A DNA stretch of 64,000 nt, taken from NCBI GenBank assembly GCA_963667665.2, contig OY763927.2, positions 800,001 to 864,000 on the forward strand, given 5' to 3'. The notes beneath the pieces are model-generated. The model did not search any database. It had not been told where the DNA came from and saw only the letters and a list, made by a program, of their open reading frames with translations. Below, piece by piece: positions 1-9,432 of this stretch. Numbering within the stretch: the stretch's first letter is position 1; each line of letters opens with the position of its first letter. Source of the DNA: Nitrosopumilus sp. Its GTDB lineage: Archaea > Thermoproteota > Nitrososphaeria > Nitrososphaerales > Nitrosopumilaceae. The position numbers and the translations under genes were made by a program.

Positions 1-2
1 AA

Positions 3-338
3 ACAGCTCAAGAAATAATAGACATAACATCAAAATTCCATTTAAAACAAAGAAAATTCTTTAATAGAGTGTTAGACAATTTTGAATTAGAACAAATTCC
101 ACAAAAGATTAACAAAATAATAAATATAGATTTTAAAATATTCTTAAACACAATAACAAAAAGTACTAAGAAAAAACTTTCACTAAAAGAACAAGAAGAA
201 TGGGAAGAATATTTTGAAGATTGTAGAAATGAATTAATAAAATTTGAAGAAAGCATTCGAAAAGACAAATTAAATATAGATGAAATTGTTTTTAGAATTT
301 ATCATATTTCTAATATCCAAAAAAATATTAAAAAATAA
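3..338 (+). CDS. C-terminal end of a probable type IIG (Eco57I/TaqI-like) restriction-modification enzyme; starts before the window
   Basis: Frame open from position 3; ends LSLKEQEEWEEYF...IDEIVFRIYHIS, resembling the helical tail of type IIG R-M proteins. Confidence 0.6.
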   Translation, partial: TAQEIIDITSKFHLKQRKFFNRVLDNFELEQIPQKINKIINIDFKIFLNTITKSTKKKLSLKEQEEWEEYFEDCRNELIKFEESIRKDKLNIDEIVFRIYHISNIQKNIKK

Positions 339-672
339 TGAATTTTGAATAGTTTTCAAACAAAAATGATTAAAACAAGGAATCTAAAATAGTATGTAAA
401 AATGGAAGAGACAACTAGTCTACCTTAACAAATAAATTATTTTGGAACCTAAAAAAGGACATCACAGTAGCAAATTCTTTTAGATTAGATATGATTATTC
501 CAACATATTTTCTTTTGATTGATCTTCTTCAAACTGTTTAACGCTTTCAGAAATATTATCCCAGCTTAATCCTTTTGATTCTCCAAGTGCCTCGGTAATT
601 TCTTTCCTACTTGGATTTCCTTTTTTGAATTTTTTCCAGATTTTTTTCTTTTCACTCTCTGATGCCCTGCCT

Positions 673-1953
673 TCAAACCAAAGTGGAATTGCAAAATTGA
701 AGAATCTGCTTGTGAGACTCGTCTGCAGCTAAACGACCCTTTTCATACTGAGAACGACGTGCCTCTAAACCGTATTCCAAATTATCTATTCTGTCATGCA
801 AGTTTTGAATCACTTCATCTTTTTGCTCTAGTTTTTCAATGTCTTCTTGCTTTTCAGCAGCTTCCAGTCTAAGTCTTTCCTCATCAGATATTGTAAGAAA
901 AGGAATTGCCTTTTGGTATTTGGGGAATCGCTCAAAATCTTCTTCTTGGTATCGCTCATATGCTTGCTCTAATCCTACCTTGTGACCCATCATGTCTTCT
1001 TTGTCCAGATAGTTTACCTTTGCACGCCTCATCATTGTATTGAAATATTTTCTGAATCCGTGATCTAGTTTTACCTCGTATCGTCTCTGGTTTTTCTTTA
1101 TTTCATCGCGTAATCCAATTTTTGTTACAATCTTGTCCACTCTGGAACGTACACCTTTTGATTGTAGACGTACTGGTACATCAAATCGAGTTGATGCAAT
1201 TAGTGGATCATCATTGGTTGGATACTTTAGGAATCTTGATTTCCATTCTTCTTTGTATAATGTTAATGCATAACATGCTTCAGGAGTTATGAATGTCCAG
1301 TACTCTTCTGGATCTCCTCTGTACACTCTTAGTGCAGCTCCTGTGTATTGTTGAGTTTTATCTTTGAAAAATATTACATCTTTCCAACAAAAATAATCCC
1401 ATGACTCTAATCGAAATCCAGCTGATGAGAACATTAGAATTATTACCTTGTCTGTAATGTCGGTACAACACTCAATCATCTTGTGAATTTCTTCTCTGGT
1501 GTATGCACGGTCTTCGCTTTTTGTTCTACGTGGTAACATCTTGTTGATTAGTTTCCAAGATACATCAACTTCATTTGCAGATAGTAATGCCTTGATTGGT
1601 TTTAGTCTGTTTGATACTGTGTTTGGAGAGATTTGATTAGAGTTTACTTCTTGTTTTACTTCTCTAACATATGATTTTAGAATAGATTTTGTTACAGTGA
1701 TATCTTTTCTTGCCAAGTCAATAAATAATTGAGACATTTCTTTTACATCCCTTGACTGGGGTTTTTCCCCCAAATATTGCTCAAAAATATAATCTGGAAC
1801 CATATTCAAGAATCGTGTCAGATTTCTGGTATATCCTCGTCGGGTCTCATCACTTCTGATTGATTCTACAAAGTTCGTATATGCGTCATTTTCTGTTATA
1901 TCCAATTCTATCTTCATGTATTTTCTTGTAGTACTTGGGTCTATTTCAGTCAC
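673..1953 (-). CDS. Tyrosine recombinase/integrase, thaumarchaeal type; C-terminus probably continues to 495 after a frameshift
   Basis: SAGFRLE (catalytic R), HGFRKYF (HxxR), MMGH...AY (H, Y); removing one base from the run at 693-696 gives FAIPLWFEGRASESEKKKIW...ENMLE*. Confidence 0.85.
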   Translation of the reverse strand: MTEIDPSTTRKYMKIELDITENDAYTNFVESIRSDETRRGYTRNLTRFLNMVPDYIFEQYLGEKPQSRDVKEMSQLFIDLARKDITVTKSILKSYVREVKQEVNSNQISPNTVSNRLKPIKALLSANEVDVSWKLINKMLPRRTKSEDRAYTREEIHKMIECCTDITDKVIILMFSSAGFRLESWDYFCWKDVIFFKDKTQQYTGAALRVYRGDPEEYWTFITPEACYALTLYKEEWKSRFLKYPTNDDPLIASTRFDVPVRLQSKGVRSRVDKIVTKIGLRDEIKKNQRRYEVKLDHGFRKYFNTMMRRAKVNYLDKEDMMGHKVGLEQAYERYQEEDFERFPKYQKAIPFLTISDEERLRLEAAEKQEDIEKLEQKDEVIQNLHDRIDNLEYGLEARRSQYEKGRLAADESHKQILQFCNSTLV

Positions 1954-1956
1954 TAA

Positions 1957-2795
1957 AAGGGAATGGGCCCACTAGGGTACCAAGCAAGCATCGGCTCAAC
2001 TGATGCAGGTAGTCCATTTTATTCCCCACTATGGAGAATACAGACTGCAACTTGGGATAACCCATCTATGGCAACTATGATAAAAGATACCAAGGGCATA
2101 ACCAAAGTTTCATCAAATGGTAGTTTAGAAACAGGTCTCGCAGGCTTTGTAGTTAATTGCCCATTTGTAGAAATGCCTGATGCCATGATGATGATGGATA
2201 ACATGATGATGGATAACATGATGGAAGATACCATGATGATGGATAACATGATGGAAGATACCATGATGATGGATAACATGATGGAAGATACCATGATGAT
2301 GGACGACATGATGATGGATAAAGACATGATGATGGACGACGACATGATGATGATGGACGATGACATGATGATGGATGATACCATGATGGACGATTCTATG
2401 ATGGATGACGACATGATGATGATGGATGACATGATGATGTCAGCAGATATGACAGGAAAACTAACTGCTCCAAAAGGTGAAATGCCATTTGGCGGTAAAA
2501 CAACTGGCTCATATTCCATCCAAGTAGATGGCAGTGGACACACCAACATAACCACACACATGAAAAGCATGTCACCAAACATGGTCCTTGAAGGCTGGTT
2601 AGTGGATACGGATACAGGTTACAAGCTAAGTCTTGGTAAATCCCATGACGATCGTAAATTAGCATTTGCACAAGCAGTGGTAAATCCTTGGATTTATGAC
2701 GCAATTGTAATGACTGAGGAACCAATTGGGGATACAGATCCTAGACCAACGTACCTGTAGGCGGAGTAAAACTAGATGTTCCATTTGGACACTAG
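1957..2795 (+). pseudogene. 5'-truncated protein with Met/Asp-rich repeat linker (ORF 1963..2760; frameshifted tail to 2795)
   Basis: Begins mid-domain (KGMGPLGYQ...YSPLWRI) 3 bp from the divergent integrase start; 46 Met in an 85-aa tract; adding one A near 2748 gives PRPNVPVGGVKLDVPFGH*. Confidence 0.6.
2186..2440 (+). repeat. ATG/GAT low-complexity coding repeat including a 30-bp unit (TMMMDNMMED)
   Basis: atggaagataccatgatgatgga recurs at 2221, 2251 and 2281. Confidence 0.95.
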
Positions 2796-2922
2796 TCCAT
2801 TTTTTATTTTTTTAAAATCTATGCTTTAGTACTGTACTACACTACACATCCAAGCCTGTACCTATACATCATTTCCAATTTTGGCAGGATTATCTTATAA
2901 GATAAAGTAGGATTACATCTTT

Positions 2923-3066
2923 ATAGACAAGCAAAAAATCAGTGTTACAGTATCCCCTGACCTTCTAAAATGGCTTGACTCTAAGATAAATAAAAAGATA
3001 TTTTCCAGCAGATCACATGGAATGGATTACTGTATCAATTTTACAAAAAACAAGACCAAAAAATAA
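2923..3066 (+). CDS. Small ribbon-helix-helix (CopG/Arc-like) regulator, absent from the ORF track
   Basis: IDKQKISVTVSPDLLKWLDSKINKKIFSSRSHGMDYCINFTKNKTKK*: beta-strand ISVTV, helix, SRS motif; only a non-canonical ATA start is available. Confidence 0.6.
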   Translation: MDKQKISVTVSPDLLKWLDSKINKKIFSSRSHGMDYCINFTKNKTKK

Positions 3067-3215
3067 TTATTAACTAATTGATTTTGTTTTAATCAATACA
3101 ATCTAATTGCATTCAATATAATTTTCACAATTCTATAATGTTATTCTATCACATGATAAAGTAGGATAAAGTAATAGAGAATATATAGTTGAATATTATC
3201 GTGTTTAATAATAAC

Positions 3216-3685
3216 ATGAAAAATGTAAAAACACTTGTATTTGCAATGCTCATTCTTAGCATAGTTATTCCAATAACTGGCTATAGTTTGGCAGAAGCAG
3301 ACGCAACAAACGAAGTGCTTGAAAACATACGAGAATTAAAAGAACAAGCCAAAGAACAAGCTAATAGTCTGACAGCTCCAGAAGATATTGATGTGAATCA
3401 AAAATATTTGGAGCGATTGACACTTGCAGAGGAATTAATCACCTTGCAAATCAATGACGAAGGCGATAGTGAAAAAGCAAGAGAACTGGAACAGAAACTA
3501 ATTTCTGAATTGGAAAAACTCCCAAAAACAGAAATGCGTTATGATGACGTTCCTGCTGAAATTGGTCCAGGAGATACAAATGATGTTGAAGAATATGATA
3601 GAATTTATGGGCCTAAAGCTCATGCTACATCAACTAATTATGATACTTCAAATGTATTGAGAACTGACTGTAGTTCATCATCATA
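3216..3685 (+). pseudogene. Secreted protein truncated by IS630
   Basis: Signal peptide MKNVKTLVFAMLILSIVIPITGYSLAEA; frame runs into the IS terminal repeat at 3686. Confidence 0.7.
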
Positions 3686-5210
3686 TAGCAATGCGCATAA
3701 GTTTCTGTACATGATATTTTAGGACCATCATAGGCATAATGCCTCTTGTCTGGGGAATACACCAAAAGCACAAAACAAAATGCATGGAAAATTAAAATTC
3801 AGATTCATGTATGGCTATACATATCACATTGGAAAAAAATGCAGGCACCAACATGATACATACAGAAGATCAAACTATTCGTACAATCATTGTTTTTGTG
3901 CAGGTTTAGACGATACCTGGTGTGATACAATGTCGGGATTTGGCGGATCATCCATCTTTATGAATGGCCGCATGATTCCTTTGGGCGGTTTTCTCTTCCA
4001 GAATTTCTTAAAATTATAATCAAACTTGTGTACCCTGATAAATTCATACACTGCTGCCAGATGTGCATCCTTGTCTGCATAACGTATGGAATGATTCATT
4101 ACACGTTTGAGTACGCTCCATACTTCCTCTACGGGATTCAGATATGGATGTCCGATAGGATACCACAGGACAATAATGTCGCGCTCTGCAAAGAATCTTT
4201 TCGTCTCCTTGGATATATGCCACGGTGCCTTGTCTAGTATCAGGACCATCTTGCCTACCTCCATGTACACCTTGTCCATATGTTCTAGAAAGGAAGCGGT
4301 ATTGACAGTCTGACAGTGATTAAAAAACTGTCTGCCGTCTTGTGTCATGCTGCATATCATTGAGAATCTATGAAATCCTCCGCTCCATAACATGAATATG
4401 CGTAGGCACAGTTTTGCCCAATATTTTGCAGACATTGCAGCGTCCTTAAAGTGTGATTCATCTTGTGTTACAATTGTATATCGCATCTTTGTGTATCTTG
4501 CAATCTTTTGATACAGGCTGGCTCTCCATTTGTTCACCTCTTCTATTGGTGTTCTACTAACCATGATTGGCTGTGTCTTTTTTCTAGAGTATCCCCACTG
4601 TCTGGCATATCGCCTTATCTGCGAGATGCCAAGGTTTTTTCCAGACATCTCTTCTAGTGTCGTGCAGTTCTACGGGTGTAAATGCGCGTTTCTCGCACCA
4701 ATGCCTTGCTTTGTTTAGAATTTTTCTGTCTATCTTGGGTGGACGTCCTGACCGTGGTTTGTCTGAGAGGGCCTGCCATATTCCATGAAATGATTTTGCA
4801 GCACATGCAAACCTGCAATGTTACATGGCAACAGTACGACGATCACAACAAGATATTTTGGCAGTATTGACAAATGTTTTGATTACCATAAATGCCAACA
4901 GCATGGATAACCGACGTGATATACAGCCTACATGTTCTACTTTTTGCACTTGTTTTAGCATTTTATGTCCATGCATGTGTACATTTAGTGAAACAAATTT
5001 TTGACTTTTCCTATTTAGTAACAGTACGGTTAAATTGACGTTCGTGTGAAATGCCAAGATAGTTCTAGTTTACAAATTTGTGTGAAAAAAATACGTTGAA
5101 GGTATACAGATGCTGTTCGGAATGCAGGAGACGATGATTTACAAAGATGTGATGATCAAGGGACGACGATGCCCAGAAATTGGCTGTACAGAAACTTATG
5201 CGCATTGCTA
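3686..5210 (-). mobile_element. IS630-family insertion sequence, copy 1 (1525 bp)
   Basis: TIR TAGCAATGCGCATAAGTTTCTGTACA at both ends; flanking TA at 3684-85 and 5211-12; DDE transposase inside. Confidence 0.95.
3887..4648 (-). CDS. IS630 transposase DDE part; HTH part upstream is disrupted
   Basis: QDESHF, LILDKAPWH, LNPVEEVW catalytic motifs. Confidence 0.9.
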   Translation of the reverse strand: MSGKNLGISQIRRYARQWGYSRKKTQPIMVSRTPIEEVNKWRASLYQKIARYTKMRYTIVTQDESHFKDAAMSAKYWAKLCLRIFMLWSGGFHRFSMICSMTQDGRQFFNHCQTVNTASFLEHMDKVYMEVGKMVLILDKAPWHISKETKRFFAERDIIVLWYPIGHPYLNPVEEVWSVLKRVMNHSIRYADKDAHLAAVYEFIRVHKFDYNFKKFWKRKPPKGIMRPFIKMDDPPNPDIVSHQVSSKPAQKQ

Positions 5211-5212
5211 TA

Positions 5213-5386
5213 GGCCATAGGGCATTTATTGCAGGCAAGCATGGTGCTGTAATTCACATGATAGATCATAAAACAGGCCAAATAGTGAAAAAGGCTTTTG
5301 CCAAAGGTGCTGTTGTAAATGTAATTGGTGGTGTAGTTAGTTTTCTTGAACATCAAGTGTTAGGTGGACTGTTGAGCGAATTATAA
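5213..5386 (+). pseudogene. Small paralog 1, 5' end cut by IS630
   Basis: GHRAFIAGKHGAVIHMIDHKTGQIVKKAFAKGA aligns with the next two ORFs; the first 11 codons of ORF 5180 are IS sequence. Confidence 0.7.
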
Positions 5387-5622
5387 TGCCTCTAGTTCCT
5401 GGAAGAATAACATCAGTTGATTCAAACTGGTTAGATGTTGGTCATCCTGGCAGTCCTGTATTTATTGCAAAAAACCATGGTGCAAGGGCATCCATAATAG
5501 ATGAAAGAACTGGTGAGAGAGTAGTCAAGGCTTTCAAAAAAGGTGGTGTACTAGGGGCAATAGGAGGAGTGGTCAGGTTTGCAGAAAATGATATCGTTAA
5601 GGCACTGGAGAATTTACTATAA
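5386..5622 (+). CDS. Small paralog 2 (78 aa), unknown function
   Basis: TAATG stop/start overlap; HGA..D..TG..V...F..GG motif. Confidence 0.75.
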   Translation: MPLVPGRITSVDSNWLDVGHPGSPVFIAKNHGARASIIDERTGERVVKAFKKGGVLGAIGGVVRFAENDIVKALENLL

Positions 5623-5921
5623 TGGCCACATCAATTAATGGTAATGTAGTGTACAAAAGTCCAGGGGAGTGGATAACTAATGGTCATGTACATACAGTTA
5701 CCAGACATGGTGCAGTAATGAAGGCAGTAGATAAAAACACAGGCAAAGTCCATACACATAATTTTAACTCTGGCGGTTCCTTTGTACAGCTGCAAGATAT
5801 AATATCGTTTTTCAAAAAAGATGTGGTTCCAGAAGTAGAAACTCTTGCAGAAGATATTGTACCAGTTGTAGAGGAGGCATTACCAGTAATAGAAGAATTG
5901 GCTCCACTAATTGCGTTATAG
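5622..5921 (+). CDS. Small paralog 3 (99 aa), unknown function
   Basis: TAATG overlap; HGAVMKAVDKNTGKVHTHNFNSGG then acidic amphipathic tail. Confidence 0.75.
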   Translation: MATSINGNVVYKSPGEWITNGHVHTVTRHGAVMKAVDKNTGKVHTHNFNSGGSFVQLQDIISFFKKDVVPEVETLAEDIVPVVEEALPVIEELAPLIAL

Positions 5922-6047
5922 TCTAGTTTTCTTTTTCTAATTATAATAACTGATATTTCTTTTTCTATATTTCCAAACTACAATTGACGTTATAATTATT
6001 ACAGATATAATTAGGATTAAAAGTGGTACTACCACATATGCAGAATC

Positions 6048-6620
6048 TCACCAAATTTCACATTTTTGTGTTTCTTGACTAAATTTATGAGTTGTAATTG
6101 GGCAATCTAATCCAAACTGAGGAGAAGTAATTTCTTTATCTGATTCATAAGATTCAGGATTTTTTGAAATGCATTTAAAAATTTCCGAACCCTTCTGACA
6201 TACAGGTGGATTAAACTCTGGACTAATCTTAAAGGATTCATCAAATGTGGAAATAGAGTCACCTTTTTGATAATCAAAGGATATCTGTACTTTTATTCCA
6301 GGAGGTAACGAATCTCTTGTACTTATTGATGGGTAAATTAACAAAGTATCTTTGATGGCATAATCATCATACAAATCCCAATTATTTACAAATTCTTTGG
6401 CCGTGTGTATGGTATAGTTAAGCCAGTTTAGATCGTATCCTAATTTGTCAATATCATTTTCATTCAAATTCAAATCAATTACGGCCCTACAGAAAAAAAT
6501 ATCTGGATTAATTTCTGATAATTTTTCTTCATATCCATTAAAATCAGCATAACATGAGTCAATCCATTGATTTGATTTGTTTCCTTGAAGTACAAATAAC
6601 ATTAAAAATAATTCAAACAT
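6048..6620 (-). CDS. Hypothetical protein
   Basis: 190-aa ORF with hydrophobic N-terminus, co-oriented with neighbours. Confidence 0.55.
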   Translation of the reverse strand: MFELFLMLFVLQGNKSNQWIDSCYADFNGYEEKLSEINPDIFFCRAVIDLNLNENDIDKLGYDLNWLNYTIHTAKEFVNNWDLYDDYAIKDTLLIYPSISTRDSLPPGIKVQISFDYQKGDSISTFDESFKISPEFNPPVCQKGSEIFKCISKNPESYESDKEITSPQFGLDCPITTHKFSQETQKCEIW

Positions 6621-6629
6621 AAAAAAAAA

Positions 6630-6908
6630 TTATGGAATAATTTCAGGACGTTTAATCACTGCACTCCAATGATTTGTTTTTGATTCTTCCTCCATTTGTT
6701 TAATTAAATTTTGAATTGCTTTTACAGTTTCATTTTCTTCATCAAGTTTGAATTCTCCTTTTATTCTTGTCTTAAATCTGACTTTTCCATCAGGTCCTTT
6801 TTGAAGAACTAAATTTAAGTTAGCAATTCCACCAGGTATTTTTTGATTTGTTTCAGAAGCACTTTTTCTCATGTTTTTTGTTCTGAGCCATTCAATAAGA
6901 TTCATCAT
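6630..6908 (-). CDS. Hypothetical protein
   Basis: 92-aa ORF 9 bp upstream of the next gene. Confidence 0.5.
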   Translation of the reverse strand: MMNLIEWLRTKNMRKSASETNQKIPGGIANLNLVLQKGPDGKVRFKTRIKGEFKLDEENETVKAIQNLIKQMEEESKTNHWSAVIKRPEIIP

Positions 6909-6985
6909 TATTTCACTACTAATTTCATATTTAAATTCATAAGAAAAAAAAGATTAGGATATGGAATATAGTACCATATCATAAC

Positions 6986-7777
6986 TTACTTTACCATTTT
7001 GTTCGGAAAACCACCAGGAACTGATGTGAAACCTTTAGTTTTCCATGAAGTTGAGGCATCATTGATAATTACATTGTTTTGATAAACAATTGTATCACCA
7101 CCTGCATCTGTTGTTTCATAGTCTACTTCAAATGTGGCACCCGTTGCACCCCCATGAGCCAAATAATCCACAAATGGATAAATGGTTTGAGAGTAATCAT
7201 CCAGTACTACTGTATCACTACCACCTAATGTTTTAGAGTAGGATATATGATCACTACTTCCAAACACAGTATGTTTCCATAGTCCCCAATGTGTATAGTA
7301 CACATAACCACCAACAAAATCTACGTGTTTACCACTGCAAGAACAGGCATATGTAATTCCTGTATCAGGATTATACATAACACTTGTTGTAGATACTGTT
7401 TCGGTAACTTCAGAAGGATTTGTATCCCAAATAGGAATACCTGTTTCAATAGTATTTTCTAATTGGTCAAAAGTCATGTATCCTCTTGCATTAAGTTTGC
7501 CTAAATCAAGTGCTCTATCTATTTCTGCATTGTTTTTAGATTCTCTTGTTGCTTCAGATTTATCATTCTTCTGTTTGAGTTCTTTTACTTTGGTGTCTTT
7601 TTCATGATATTCCTTTGCTAAGTCATAATCATTGCTAAATATTGCTTGGAGTTGCTCCTTACTTTTTTCAGAACTTGCTCCAAAAGCTTCGGTATTCATT
7701 CCACTAAATGGAAGAATCATTGCAACAATTAATCCAACAAACAATATTGTCTGTGTCTTTTTTGATATATTTTTCAT
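6986..7777 (-). CDS. Secreted protein, same leader family as 3216; likely tail to 6954 after a frameshift
   Basis: Signal peptide MKNISKKTQTILFVGLIVAMILPFSGM; 33/34-bp 5' identity with 3191-3224. Confidence 0.7.
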   Translation of the reverse strand: MKNISKKTQTILFVGLIVAMILPFSGMNTEAFGASSEKSKEQLQAIFSNDYDLAKEYHEKDTKVKELKQKNDKSEATRESKNNAEIDRALDLGKLNARGYMTFDQLENTIETGIPIWDTNPSEVTETVSTTSVMYNPDTGITYACSCSGKHVDFVGGYVYYTHWGLWKHTVFGSSDHISYSKTLGGSDTVVLDDYSQTIYPFVDYLAHGGATGATFEVDYETTDAGGDTIVYQNNVIINDASTSWKTKGFTSVPGGFPNKMVK

Positions 7778-7807
7778 GTTATTATTAAACACAATAATAT
7801 TCCACTA

Positions 7808-9332
7808 TAGCAATGCGCATAAGTTTCTGTACAGCCAATTTCTGGGCATCGTCGTCCCTTGATCATCACATCTTTGTAAATCATCGTCTCCTGCATTCCG
7901 AACAGCATCTGTATACCTTCAACGTATTTTTTTCACACAAATTTGTAAACTAGAACTATCTTGGCATTTCACACGAACGTCAATTTAACCGTACTGTTAC
8001 TAAATAGGAAAAGTCAAAAATTTGTTTCACTAAATGTACACATGCATGGACATAAAATGCTAAAACAAGTGCAAAAAGTAGAACATGTAGGCTGTATATC
8101 ACGTCGGTTATCCATGCTGTTGGCATTTATGGTAATCAAAACATTTGTCAATACTGCCAAAATATCTTGTTGTGATCGTCGTACTGTTGCCATGTAACAT
8201 TACAGGTTTGCATGTGCTGCAAAATCATTTCATGGAATATGGCAGGCCCTCTCAGACAAACCACGGTCAGGACGTCCACCCAAGATAGACAGAAAAATTC
8301 TAAACAAAGCAAGGCATTGGTGCGAGGAACGCGCATTTACACCCGTAGAACTGCACGACACTAGAAGAGATGTCTGGAAAAAACCTTGGCATCTCGCAGA
8401 TAAGGCGATATGCCAGACAGTGGGGATACTCTAGAAAAAAGACACAGCCAATCATGGTTAGTAGAACACCAATAGAAGAGGTGAACAAATGGAGGGCCAG
8501 CCTGTATCAAAAGATTGCAAGATACACAAAGATGCGATATACAATTGTAACACAAGATGAATCACACTTTAAGGACGCTGCAATGTCTGCAAAATATTGG
8601 GCAAAACTGTGCCTACGCATATTCATGTTATGGAGCGGAGGATTTCATAGATTCTCAATGATATGCAGCATGACACAAGACGGCAGACAGTTTTTTAATC
8701 ACTGTCAGACTGTCAATACCGCTTCCTTTCTAGAACATATGGACAAGGTGTACATGGAGGTAGGCAAGATGGTCCTGATACTAGACAAGGCACCGTGGCA
8801 TATATCCCAGGAGACGAAAAGATTCTTTGCAGAGCGCGACATTATTGTCCTGTGGTATCCTATCGGACATCCATATCTGAATCCCGTAGAGGAAGTATGG
8901 AGCGTACTCAAACGTGTAATGAATCATTCCATACGTTATGCAGACAAGGATGCACATCTGGCAGCAGTGTATGAATTTATCAGGGTACACAAGTTTGATT
9001 ATAATTTTAAGAAATTCTGGAAGAGAAAACCGCCCAAAGGAATCATGCGGCCATTCATAAAGATGGATGATCCGCCAAATCCCGACATTGTATCACACCA
9101 GGTATCGTCTAAACCTGCACAAAAACAATGATTGTACGAATAGTTTGATCTTCTGTATGTATCATGTTGGTGCCTGCATTTTTTTCCAATGTGATATGTA
9201 TAGCCATACATGAATCTGAATTTTAATTTTCCATGCATTTTGTTTTGTGCTTTTGGTGTATTCCCCAGACAAGAGGCATTATGCCTATGATGGTCCTAAA
9301 ATATCATGTACAGAAACTTATGCGCATTGCTA
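7808..9332 (+). mobile_element. IS630-family insertion sequence, copy 2 (inverted relative to copy 1)
   Basis: Same TIRs, TA at 7806-07 and 9333-34, 1525 bp; about four substitutions seen versus copy 1. Confidence 0.95.
8370..9131 (+). CDS. IS630 transposase DDE part
   Basis: Same protein as 3887..4648 apart from one K/Q change; upstream HTH (LSDKPRSGRPPK) broken by TAA at 8195 and a frameshift near 8360. Confidence 0.9.
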   Translation: MSGKNLGISQIRRYARQWGYSRKKTQPIMVSRTPIEEVNKWRASLYQKIARYTKMRYTIVTQDESHFKDAAMSAKYWAKLCLRIFMLWSGGFHRFSMICSMTQDGRQFFNHCQTVNTASFLEHMDKVYMEVGKMVLILDKAPWHISQETKRFFAERDIIVLWYPIGHPYLNPVEEVWSVLKRVMNHSIRYADKDAHLAAVYEFIRVHKFDYNFKKFWKRKPPKGIMRPFIKMDDPPNPDIVSHQVSSKPAQKQ

Positions 9333-9432
9333 TATATCAAAAAAATTATGTGCATCAGCTTGTAAAATTATGCGCAAAAAACTTGTTTGAGGGTACATTT
9401 TCAACTTCTGACATGTATAGGACGAGTTTTAG

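Noticed and set aside
2019-2582. 187-aa Ile/Ser/Met-rich minus-strand ORF
   Set aside because: Antisense shadow of the ATG/GAT repeat
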